NCBI GenBank assembly: GCA_046595225.1
Contig: JBKJPJ010000053.1
Span: 1-37,416 of the forward strand
Source of the DNA: Candidatus Saccharimonadales bacterium
GTDB lineage: Bacteria > Patescibacteriota > Saccharimonadia > Saccharimonadales > OMJO01
Direction: 5' to 3'
Length of the DNA stretch: 37,416 nucleotides
Numbering within the stretch: the first letter of the stretch is position 1; every line of letters starts with the position of its first letter. The position numbers and the translations under genes were made by a program. A model generated the notes under the pieces. The model did no database searches. It was given only the letters and a program-made list of their open reading frames with translations, and had not been told where the DNA came from. Positions 17,936-24,295 of this stretch are shown one piece after another.

Positions 17936-18011
17936 TGGCGGGCTCGACCGGATTTGAACCGGCGATCTCCTCCGTGACAGGGAGGCGTGATAACCACTTC
18001 ACTACGAGCCC
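17936..18011 (-). tRNA. tRNA-Asp (anticodon GTC), CCA encoded
   Basis: Reverse complement is GGGCTCGTAGTGAAGTGGTTATCACGCCTCCCTGTCACGGAGGAGATCGCCGGTTCAAATCCGGTCGAGCCCGCCA. Anticodon loop CTGTCAC. Confidence 0.9.
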
Positions 18012-18116
18012 ATGCAAAAAACAAGCATAGAACAGAGGTAATACTATCAAATAATCGTCAGCCAGGCAATTGTTGTCTAACTTGTCAGTAACTGCCATTC
18101 GTATTAATCTGGATAT

Positions 18117-18395
18117 ATGGGTACAGAAAATAGTGGTGAAGAAGTTAAACGAGTCGTTACTCTGCCGGCAGAGTTAGTAGAAGCGGCTGAGATTGTGGTA
18201 GGGATAGAGCGTCAGCATGACACCGCTACGCATACGGAAATATTCTCGCGCATTGTAACCGAAGGTTTGGAAAAAGTAGTACATCAAAGAAGTCGTGACC
18301 GTTCCTGGCCAGGCGGAAATTACCGGGGTGAGCCCGGAAAACGACTGCGAAGCCGGTTACAAGAAAGTCTTCAGTCATACCGTGACTCTCGGTAA
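18117..18395 (+). CDS. Hypothetical small protein, possible ribbon-helix-helix fold
   Basis: RVVTLPAELVEAAE strand-helix start resembles CopG/RHH proteins. No partner gene. Arg-rich C-terminus. Confidence 0.4.
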   Translation: MGTENSGEEVKRVVTLPAELVEAAEIVVGIERQHDTATHTEIFSRIVTEGLEKVVHQRSRDRSWPGGNYRGEPGKRLRSRLQESLQSYRDSR

Positions 18396-18434
18396 ATAAT
18401 TCAGTTACAGTTGTCTAATCGTATTTTCAATCGT

Positions 18435-18510
18435 GCCGGGGTAACTCAGTTGGTAGAGTAGCTCATTCGTAACGAGCAAGTCGTGGGTTCGATTCCCATC
18501 TCCGGCTCCA
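18435..18510 (+). tRNA. tRNA-Thr (anticodon CGT), CCA encoded
   Basis: Acceptor GCCGGGG/CTCCGGC, anticodon loop TTCGTAA, T arm GTGGG-TTCGATT-CCCAT. Confidence 0.88.
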
Positions 18511-18539
18511 AATTGAAACGTGCAGCCTGAACCAAATTC

Positions 18540-18614
18540 GCGGGTATCGTATATCGGCTAATATGCAGCCTTCCCAAGGCTGAGAGGAGAGTTCGACTCT
18601 CTCTACCCGCACCA
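18540..18614 (+). tRNA. tRNA-Gly (anticodon CCC), CCA encoded
   Basis: Acceptor GCGGGTA/TACCCGC, anticodon arm CAGCC-TTCCCAA-GGCTG, T arm GAGAG-TTCGACT-CTCTC. Confidence 0.88.
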
Positions 18615-18646
18615 CAGCTACGAGGACGCGATAAGCTGAAATTACA

Positions 18647-18675
18647 TTGACATATGCAGGCAGAATGCGTACAAT
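18647..18675 (+). promoter_or_regulatory. Promoter TTGACA-17-TACAAT, leaderless layout
   Basis: -35 at 18647-18652, -10 at 18670-18675, 6 nt to the ATG at 18682. Confidence 0.7.
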
Positions 18676-18681
18676 GTAGGC

Positions 18682-18936
18682 ATGAACACAACTCAGTATA
18701 CTATTCGATCAATTCCTAAAAATCTTGATACCTTTTTAAGACGTCAGGCACACATAATGGGTAAGAGTTTGAATCAAACGGTTCTAGATTATATTCAACA
18801 AGCAACAAAACTTGATATGCAGGATGACGCCAATGATACTTTCGATTGGATAATTGGCGCAAACACGCTGGAGGACACCTCCTTACAAGCCATAGCAGAG
18901 ATAAACCAGATTGATAAACTTAAATCTCGTATATGA
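18682..18936 (+). CDS. vapB: RHH-type antitoxin (VapB-like)
   Basis: YTIRSIPKNLDTFLRRQAHIMGKSLNQTVLDYI has a strand-helix-helix pattern. 4-nt overlap with the downstream PIN gene. Confidence 0.7.
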   Translation: MNTTQYTIRSIPKNLDTFLRRQAHIMGKSLNQTVLDYIQQATKLDMQDDANDTFDWIIGANTLEDTSLQAIAEINQIDKLKSRI

Positions 18937-19340
18937 AGTACGTGTTTGATACCAGTACTTATAGTGAGCTCCTGAAGGGTCACCATAAAGTAGCTGAAAT
19001 AACTCGAAAATCAGAGCAGATATTTCTACCAAATATTGTAATTGCAGAGCTGCAATACGGCTTTGAGTTAGGAACAAGAAAAGGGGAAAATGAAAAGCTG
19101 CTTGCAAAATTTTTAGCTAATAAAAAAATTTATGTTCTTCTACCAGACAACGCCACAACTGCCTACTTTGTAAATATTGCTGTTTTGGCCCGTAGAAAGG
19201 GGGTCCAGTTGTCAACTCATGATATATGGATCGCTGCACTGAGCGAACAGTGGGATGCCACACTCGTTTCATTTGATACTGATTTTAAGCACTTAGATTA
19301 CGATAGCTTACATCTATTACACCTAGAGAAAGTAACATAG
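18933..19340 (+). CDS. vapC: PIN-domain toxin VapC
   Basis: MKYVFDTSTY..., IAELQYG, THDIWIAA, SFDTDF. Confidence 0.85.
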   Translation: MKYVFDTSTYSELLKGHHKVAEITRKSEQIFLPNIVIAELQYGFELGTRKGENEKLLAKFLANKKIYVLLPDNATTAYFVNIAVLARRKGVQLSTHDIWIAALSEQWDATLVSFDTDFKHLDYDSLHLLHLEKVT

Positions 19341-19370
19341 TCTTAATTTGCCAATGAGAGCTACAGAATC

Positions 19371-19399
19371 TTGACTAATGTAGCTATTATAGCTAGTAT
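19371..19399 (+). promoter_or_regulatory. Promoter TTGACT-17-TAGTAT with 15-nt palindromic operator in the spacer, leaderless layout
   Basis: -35 at 19371-19376, -10 at 19394-19399, 6 nt to the ATG at 19406. Perfect palindrome TAGCTAT-T-ATAGCTA at 19381-19395. Confidence 0.7.
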
Positions 19400-19405
19400 T
19401 ACACT

Positions 19406-19660
19406 ATGACAATAGCAAATGTTCATCAGGCAAAGACCAATCTTAGTAAACTGCTTAATTCAGCGGCCGACGGTGAGGAAGTATTCATTACTCGCCGCGG
19501 CGGCAAGGTAAATAAATTTCAGCTTGTGCCAATTAATAATCAGAAAAAACCACCGCTCTTTGGCGCTTTAAAAGGGAAAATTATTTTTGCGGATGATTAT
19601 GATACAGCCGATGCCGAAATAGCTGAGATGTTTGAAGAAAGTGTCAAAAAAGAGTCGTGA
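19406..19660 (+). CDS. phd: Phd/YefM-family antitoxin
   Basis: MTIANVHQAKTNLSKLLNSAADGEEVFITRRG. 4-nt overlap with the downstream PIN gene. Confidence 0.8.
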   Translation: MTIANVHQAKTNLSKLLNSAADGEEVFITRRGGKVNKFQLVPINNQKKPPLFGALKGKIIFADDYDTADAEIAEMFEESVKKES

Positions 19661-20037
19661 TGTTACTGCTCGATACCAATGCGTTGCTATGGTTACTCAA
19701 TGATGATGTGCGATTGTCTTTGGAGGCCCGCACAGCTATTATATCGGCCGCAGAGATACTCGTATCAGAGGTGTCACTATGGGAAATTTCCATAAAGATT
19801 AGCATTGGTAAACTTGCTCCTGTACCTCGACTGGGGAAGGTTATAGATGATCTTGGTTTTAGGAGACTCAATATTAAAGACATTCATTTGAACAACTATG
19901 AGTCACTTCCGCTTTTACACAGAGACCCATTCGATCGTTTATTAATTGCTCAAGCCGTCGCAGAAGAAGCTACCATAGTTACAAGCGATAAAATCTTCAA
20001 ACAGTATGGTGTTAAAATTATTAACGCAGGGCACTGA
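19657..20037 (+). CDS. vapC: PIN-domain toxin VapC
   Basis: MMLLLDTNALLW..., SEVSLWE, HRDPFDRLLIAQA, TSD. Confidence 0.85.
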   Translation: MMLLLDTNALLWLLNDDVRLSLEARTAIISAAEILVSEVSLWEISIKISIGKLAPVPRLGKVIDDLGFRRLNIKDIHLNNYESLPLLHRDPFDRLLIAQAVAEEATIVTSDKIFKQYGVKIINAGH

Positions 20038-20096
20038 AGCAGCGCTATTTGGCACTGGTGAAAACACCTAACTACACCTATAATTAGAGTAATAAA

Positions 20097-20450
20097 ATGA
20101 CATCCACACGATACTTACATGACCGGCTGGTATTACTACTGGTGAGCGTTAATACGTTCCTAGCGGTTGTTGCTAGCGCCTGGGTTCTATTCCACCTTGA
20201 CCCCGGTCGTTCCAACGGTTACATTGTGGAATATCGAGTTAACAGGGGTCTGAGTGCCTTCAAAACCGGCAGTGCAGGGGACATTTTGGCGTTTATATTC
20301 TTCGTGTCGTTTATTTTAGTGTTCAATATTATGCTGAGCCGTAAGGTGTACCACATACGGCGGTACTTTGCAGTGGCCATTCTTGGTATGACTGTGGTGC
20401 TGCTTATTCTTGCAATTATAGTCAGTAACGCCTTGTTAGTGCTCCGGTAG
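20097..20450 (+). CDS. Small integral membrane protein (three predicted TM helices)
   Basis: Hydrophobic segments LVLLLVSVNTFLAVVASAWVLF, ILAFIFFVSFILVFNIML, AVAILGMTVVLLILAIIVSNALLVL. Directly upstream of the GT2 gene. Confidence 0.55.
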   Translation: MTSTRYLHDRLVLLLVSVNTFLAVVASAWVLFHLDPGRSNGYIVEYRVNRGLSAFKTGSAGDILAFIFFVSFILVFNIMLSRKVYHIRRYFAVAILGMTVVLLILAIIVSNALLVLR

Positions 20451-20489
20451 GAGCCGCCGAGTAACGGGTATGAATATGGGGAGAAGCAC

Positions 20490-22157
20490 ATGAGCGTACA
20501 TCATAATACGACCCCGCGTGACAACACGGCCCTAAGTGACATCGAAATCCCATACCCCGAAGATCGGCATGGTTGGTATCGTTTTTTTGAAGTCTTGCCG
20601 GGGTTACTCTCATTGCTTATCTTTTTGCTTCCGGTATTTTTAAGCATTTTTTACGTAACCGCGGCGGCCTTTTTCATCATTACCTATGTGTTGTTATTGC
20701 TGATTAGGGCTTCGGCTATGTCGGTCCGGGTTATAGAGGGTTACGGCAAAATTAAGTTGGCCCGCAAAGTAGACTGGGAAGCTTTGCTGGGTGATTTTTA
20801 TAATCCTAGCCAGGCCGCCGCCCGCTTACCGGGTGCTAAAAATAGCCTCATAACTGGGCATGTTAAGAATATGGAGCGCTTGCAGTCAGCCAATGCTATC
20901 GACCTCTTGCCTAAAGAAGTTCTCCAAGTGGTTATTATTTGTACGTACAATGAATCCCAGGCCATTGTGCATCCCACTATTGAGCATGTAATAAGCAGCG
21001 CCGGATTTAACCATAGAAAAACCGCTTTGTTCATCGCCTATGAAGAACGGGCTACCGAAGAGAAGAAGCAGGAAACCCTTGCCACCCTCAAACAGTACGG
21101 GAAGAAGTTTTATTATGCAGAGGCCGTTGAACACACCTTGGCTCCGGGTGAAATTCCGGGCAAGGGCGCTAACGCTACGTTAACCGGGCACCGGGTTGCC
21201 GAATGGGTAAAACAGAAGGGCATTGACCCCTCGAAAGTGCTGGTTACTACCTTGGACGCTGACAACCGGACCGACAAAAATTACTTTTCGCTCCTAACCT
21301 ACGTGTATATTTCGGCCGATAAGCGCAAGCAAAAATCTTATCAACCGGCGGCCCTGTACAACAACAACATCTGGGATGTGCCGGCCATTATGCGGCTTTG
21401 TGCTATCAGTAACACCTATTTCCATATGGCCAACGCTATGCGGCCCCACGCCCTGCGTAATTTTTCGGCTCACAGCCAAAGCCTCGATGCGCTCATAGAT
21501 ACAGATTTTTGGAGTGTCCGTACCATCGTAGAGGACGGCCACCAGTTCTGGCGGACCTATTTCCGTTACGACGGTGACCACGAAGTTTTGCCCATTTACG
21601 CGCCCATTTATCAGGATGCTGTCTACGCTGGCAAACGGATCCATACTACGCGCGCCCAGTTCAAGCAGATTCGCCGATGGACTTACGGAGCTTCTGATGT
21701 CGCCTATGTCGCGGTGCGGGTATTCTCTAAAAAGAATAAAGCCCCTAAGTTTGACGCTTTTGCTAAACTTGGCCGTCTTGTGGAATCCCATGTGGGGTGG
21801 GCCACCTCAGCACCCCTGATTTTGCTGTCTGGCTGGTTGCCGCTCTACCTTAATCAAAACGCCAATCATAATATTATTGCCCAGCGTCTCCCATACATCG
21901 TCAGTACCGTTAACACGCTTGCCCTGGGAGCTTTGTTGTTCGTGGTGTACATCGGTATCGCAACCTTGCCACAGCGGCCGCCGCATCATAAGCGGCGCCG
22001 GGCCATAGGCTTTTTGTGGCAATGGGTGCTGACGCCAGTGGTTGGGGTAATCTTTAACTCTGTAGCGGCCATAAACTCTCAGACACACTTAGCTTTCCGG
22101 CGTTACATTGGCACTTTCGATGTCACTGAAAAAGCCGTCAAGTCTGACAAATTATAG
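20490..22157 (+). CDS. Membrane-embedded family-2 glycosyltransferase, processive type
   Basis: GGGGAG RBS, TM helices at both ends, and catalytic motifs ICTYNES, TTLDADN, VEDGHQFW and QIRRW (QxxRW). Confidence 0.8.
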   Translation: MSVHHNTTPRDNTALSDIEIPYPEDRHGWYRFFEVLPGLLSLLIFLLPVFLSIFYVTAAAFFIITYVLLLLIRASAMSVRVIEGYGKIKLARKVDWEALLGDFYNPSQAAARLPGAKNSLITGHVKNMERLQSANAIDLLPKEVLQVVIICTYNESQAIVHPTIEHVISSAGFNHRKTALFIAYEERATEEKKQETLATLKQYGKKFYYAEAVEHTLAPGEIPGKGANATLTGHRVAEWVKQKGIDPSKVLVTTLDADNRTDKNYFSLLTYVYISADKRKQKSYQPAALYNNNIWDVPAIMRLCAISNTYFHMANAMRPHALRNFSAHSQSLDALIDTDFWSVRTIVEDGHQFWRTYFRYDGDHEVLPIYAPIYQDAVYAGKRIHTTRAQFKQIRRWTYGASDVAYVAVRVFSKKNKAPKFDAFAKLGRLVESHVGWATSAPLILLSGWLPLYLNQNANHNIIAQRLPYIVSTVNTLALGALLFVVYIGIATLPQRPPHHKRRRAIGFLWQWVLTPVVGVIFNSVAAINSQTHLAFRRYIGTFDVTEKAVKSDKL

Positions 22158-22556
22158 GGGGTGATAAGCCTGGTAGTGGATGGCTGCGGCTTTGTCGAAT
22201 CGTTTTAAAACTTCTGTAGCTATGGTCTTGATCTGGCTAGTAGTTAACTTTGCTTGCTGAATACCGGGTAGCAACTTACTAATTACAGTGTCTGTGAGCC
22301 CCGCAGCGTCCTCTAGGGGCCGTTTTCGGTGCCCTAAGCTGTCGAAGAGGCTCATCCATAATACATCCCGAGAGAAGGGAGCTGCAGCCTTTAAGGAGTT
22401 AATCACGAGGACAGCACCTTCCAGCTTCATCTGTTCTTGGGTTGTGAAGACGCCATGGCAGTGCTGGCATTCCCGGCGGCGCCATGTAGTGTTGGTCCGC
22501 CTCTGTTGACGGCTATTCGTGACACTGGTTTTCCCGTTACAATATATACAAACCAT
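22152..22556 (-). CDS. nrdR: Transcriptional repressor NrdR
   Basis: MVCIYCNGKTSVTNSRQ...RRRECQHCHGVFTTQE zinc ribbon followed by an ATP-cone-like region. 134 aa. 6-nt convergent overlap with the GT2 gene. Confidence 0.8.
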   Translation of the reverse strand: MVCIYCNGKTSVTNSRQQRRTNTTWRRRECQHCHGVFTTQEQMKLEGAVLVINSLKAAAPFSRDVLWMSLFDSLGHRKRPLEDAAGLTDTVISKLLPGIQQAKLTTSQIKTIATEVLKRFDKAAAIHYQAYHPL

Positions 22557-22663
22557 GTCAACATATTGTCATAACGCTACTTAAAAAGCTAGTGGATAAG
22601 TAAGTCTGTTATGGGGATAAGCCAATATTTTTACGTTACAGCAGTTTTAGCGTATTAATTCGT

Positions 22664-22693
22664 GCCAAAACAAAAACCCCTCAAAGTGAGGGG
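22664..22693 (-). terminator. Intrinsic terminator (minus strand)
   Basis: On the minus strand: CCCCTCA-CTT-TGAGGGG followed by TTTTTGTTTTGG. Confidence 0.8.
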
Positions 22694-22735
22694 CAAAGGT
22701 TGCGGGCTTGTGGCTTTTCAGTGATTAAAATGTAA

Positions 22736-22870
22736 TTACTTCGCAACCAGGGCAGTCCGCGCCCGGCGTATTCTCGCTACAGATTTACTCGAAGTTCCAA
22801 TCTCTTCATAGAAAAGTTTGAACGCTTCAAGCGAACTATTAATGGTACTCAAAATATGAGCGCCTCCCAT
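22736..22870 (-). CDS. Candidate small protein, 44 aa (not in ORF track)
   Basis: MGGAHILSTINSSLEAFKLFYEEIGTSSKSVARIRRARTALVAK. Bracketed by a TTGACT-17-TAACAT promoter and the 22664-22693 terminator. No similarity I recognise. Confidence 0.4.
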   Translation of the reverse strand: MGGAHILSTINSSLEAFKLFYEEIGTSSKSVARIRRARTALVAK

Positions 22871-22881
22871 TTAACTCGCTA

Positions 22882-22910
22882 ATGTTAACATAACAAGCGG
22901 TTTAAGTCAA
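22882..22910 (-). promoter_or_regulatory. Promoter TTGACT-17-TAACAT
   Basis: On the minus strand: -35 at 22905-22910, -10 at 22882-22887, 11 nt to the ATG at 22870. Confidence 0.6.
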
Positions 22911-23113
22911 TAGCCCTAACACCTTAAGCGGAATGCCCAAGAGGCTAATGTGGGGATAACTTCGCAGTAACCATTTACGGTTTGAGAACATTAATTTTTA
23001 CTATGAAATCCGCAATGTTATGTGCAACGATCTACTCTTTGGGATGCGCCTTCAGATGTTTCTAGAGGCGTACTTTTAAACGTGTTTAGAATGCGTCAGG
23101 TATCTGTAAGCAT

Positions 23114-23238
23114 CTTCAAGTATCTTTTTTCGTGACCCTCCAAAAATGGAACCTCTGAGATTATCTGTATCTGTTAAAAAGTCTCACGGGTTCCATTTTT
23201 TAGTACCTGCGATTTTATAGTAGCGGCGAAAGCCAGGC
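23114..23238. repeat. Copy A of a hairpin-containing repeat of roughly 105-125 nt (second copy at 35581-35697)
   Basis: Core hairpin at 23142-23200: AAAAATGGAACC / GGTTCCATTTTT plus an inner TGAGA/TCTCA stem, with a conserved loop TTATCTGTATCTGTTAAAAAG. By hand alignment about nine in ten positions match copy B over the 75-nt core. Confidence 0.8.
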
Positions 23239-23280
23239 CAAGGCAACAGCACAAGTACATTATAGAGAAAGGCAGTTCCA

Positions 23281-23357
23281 TGGTGGGCGATACAGGATTC
23301 GAACCTGTCACCTCCGCAACGTCAATGCGGCGCTCTAGCCAAATGAGCTAATCGCCC
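23281..23357 (-). tRNA. tRNA-Val (anticodon GAC), CCA encoded
   Basis: Reverse complement is GGGCGATTAGCTCATTTGGCTAGAGCGCCGCATTGACGTTGCGGAGGTGACAGGTTCGAATCCTGTATCGCCCACCA. Anticodon loop TTGACGT. Confidence 0.9.
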
Positions 23358-23438
23358 CCGTTAGCCACTATTCTACTACACTGATGATTATATCGTTAAG
23401 CACCGGGCTTGAACAGGGGCCACAGGTGGTTCCGATAA

Positions 23439-23467
23439 TTGACAAAACAGGCTGCTTATGCTAACAT
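23439..23467 (+). promoter_or_regulatory. Strong promoter TTGACA-17-TAACAT
   Basis: -35 at 23439-23444, -10 at 23462-23467. The first downstream ORF starts at 23642, which implies a leader of about 170 nt. Confidence 0.65.
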
Positions 23468-23538
23468 ATACAGACTTCGTCGAGGTGGGGAGCTACTTCC
23501 GTAATCTCCGAAGTACCTTAACAAGCTCTCTGTTACGT

Positions 23539-23607
23539 ATCTGTTGAAGAATTTACGGCACGCGCATTTTTATAATTGTCTGTCGCGCCGTATGTTCTTC
23601 AACAGAT
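23539..23607 (+). promoter_or_regulatory. Long imperfect hairpin / inverted repeat in the leader
   Basis: Perfect 13-nt arms ATCTGTTGAAGAA (23539-23551) and TTCTTCAACAGAT (23595-23607), plus an inner TACGGC/GCCGTA pairing. No U-tract follows. Confidence 0.6.
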
Positions 23608-23641
23608 CCTATCCAAGTCCCCCCTATGAAAGGAATAGTAT

Positions 23642-23806
23642 ATGTTCTTAGTCACGGTTGCTGGTGTACTCATTGCTTTGACTGGCATTTTTGGTGTGCT
23701 CATTGGAAAGAATATATCTATAAGGACCCCCAGGTACGCAGTTATCTGTGTAATTGTTGGCTTTTTTGCCATCATCATTTCCATTCAGCCAACACTTGGC
23801 TACTAA
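23642..23806 (+). CDS. Candidate small membrane protein, 54 aa, two TM helices (not in ORF track)
   Basis: MFLVTVAGVLIALTGIFGVLIGKNISIRTPRYAVICVIVGFFAIIISIQPTLGY. The stop lies 8 nt before the next ATG. The alternative frame (tracked ORF 23626) gives an implausible W/C/H-rich sequence here. Confidence 0.55.
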   Translation: MFLVTVAGVLIALTGIFGVLIGKNISIRTPRYAVICVIVGFFAIIISIQPTLGY

Positions 23807-23814
23807 GGAGAATC

Positions 23815-24282
23815 ATGAATAGTACTCAGGCACAACGGTTTTCTGTCTACCGTATTCACTCGGTTAGCCGGCCCAATCTTGGTGTCGGATTGCTGCAAGG
23901 ATTCGGTCGCTTCACACGTTCGGGGTTAGAAGGAATCACCGCTGATAGCATCGGCTTTTATGTCGAAGATTCACTCATGCAGTCCCGCGCCGATGAACGC
24001 TACACCGAACAGTTCATGCTTCAAGCTGGCAATTCGCTAGCTGGTCCCTGGGAAGATATCAAACCCATTGTGCCACTTCCTGGCGAAGATCCCCGTGATC
24101 TTCTGAACGAAAAAGACAATGACCGTTGGGGTCAATGCATGCGTTGCGATCGCAACCTGACTGAAAGCGAAGCCGCTCTCAACGACACCTGCGAAGGATG
24201 CCGACCTGAGGTCTACCAAGATTGGGAAGCCAATCAAGAGCGTCTCGCAGAAGAGGCAGCGGAAGCACGTTGGATCATGTAA
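23815..24282 (+). CDS. Hypothetical protein, 156 aa, C-terminal CxxC-x16-CxxC zinc-ribbon-like motif
   Basis: AAGGAG lies 5 nt before the ATG at 23815. QCMRCDRN...TCEGCRPE Cys pairs and an acidic helical tail. No family recognised. Confidence 0.6.
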   Translation: MNSTQAQRFSVYRIHSVSRPNLGVGLLQGFGRFTRSGLEGITADSIGFYVEDSLMQSRADERYTEQFMLQAGNSLAGPWEDIKPIVPLPGEDPRDLLNEKDNDRWGQCMRCDRNLTESEAALNDTCEGCRPEVYQDWEANQERLAEEAAEARWIM

Positions 24283-24295
24283 CAACAGAGAGTTT

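Noticed and set aside
17665-17977. ORFs 17738..17977 (+) and 17665..17859 (-) in the GC-rich segment beside tRNA-Asp
   Set aside because: Both overlap the tRNA, its terminator or the mazF end. They are Arg/Ser/Pro-rich, as expected from GC-rich non-coding DNA, and have no start-site signals.
18446-18691. 81-aa minus-strand ORF
   Set aside because: It runs antisense across tRNA-Thr and tRNA-Gly, so it is spurious.
22538-22556. NrdR-box-like AT palindrome (ACAATATATACA)
   Set aside because: It lies inside the nrdR coding sequence, where it encodes the CIYC zinc-ribbon residues. It is not in a promoter.
22694-23280. tmRNA, SRP RNA, 6S RNA or another known large RNA in the ORF-free stretch next to tRNA-Val
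   Set aside because: There is no tRNA-like acceptor/T-arm end, no tag-peptide reading frame ending in a stop, and no SRP GGAA/AGCA domain IV motif. I could recognise nothing that matches a known family by eye. A covariance-model scan is needed.
23626-23814. N-terminal 63 codons of tracked ORF 23626..24282
   Set aside because: The translation is W/C/H-rich and implausible. The overlapping alternative frame encodes a clean two-TM peptide. A strong AAGGAG RBS precedes the internal ATG at 23815.
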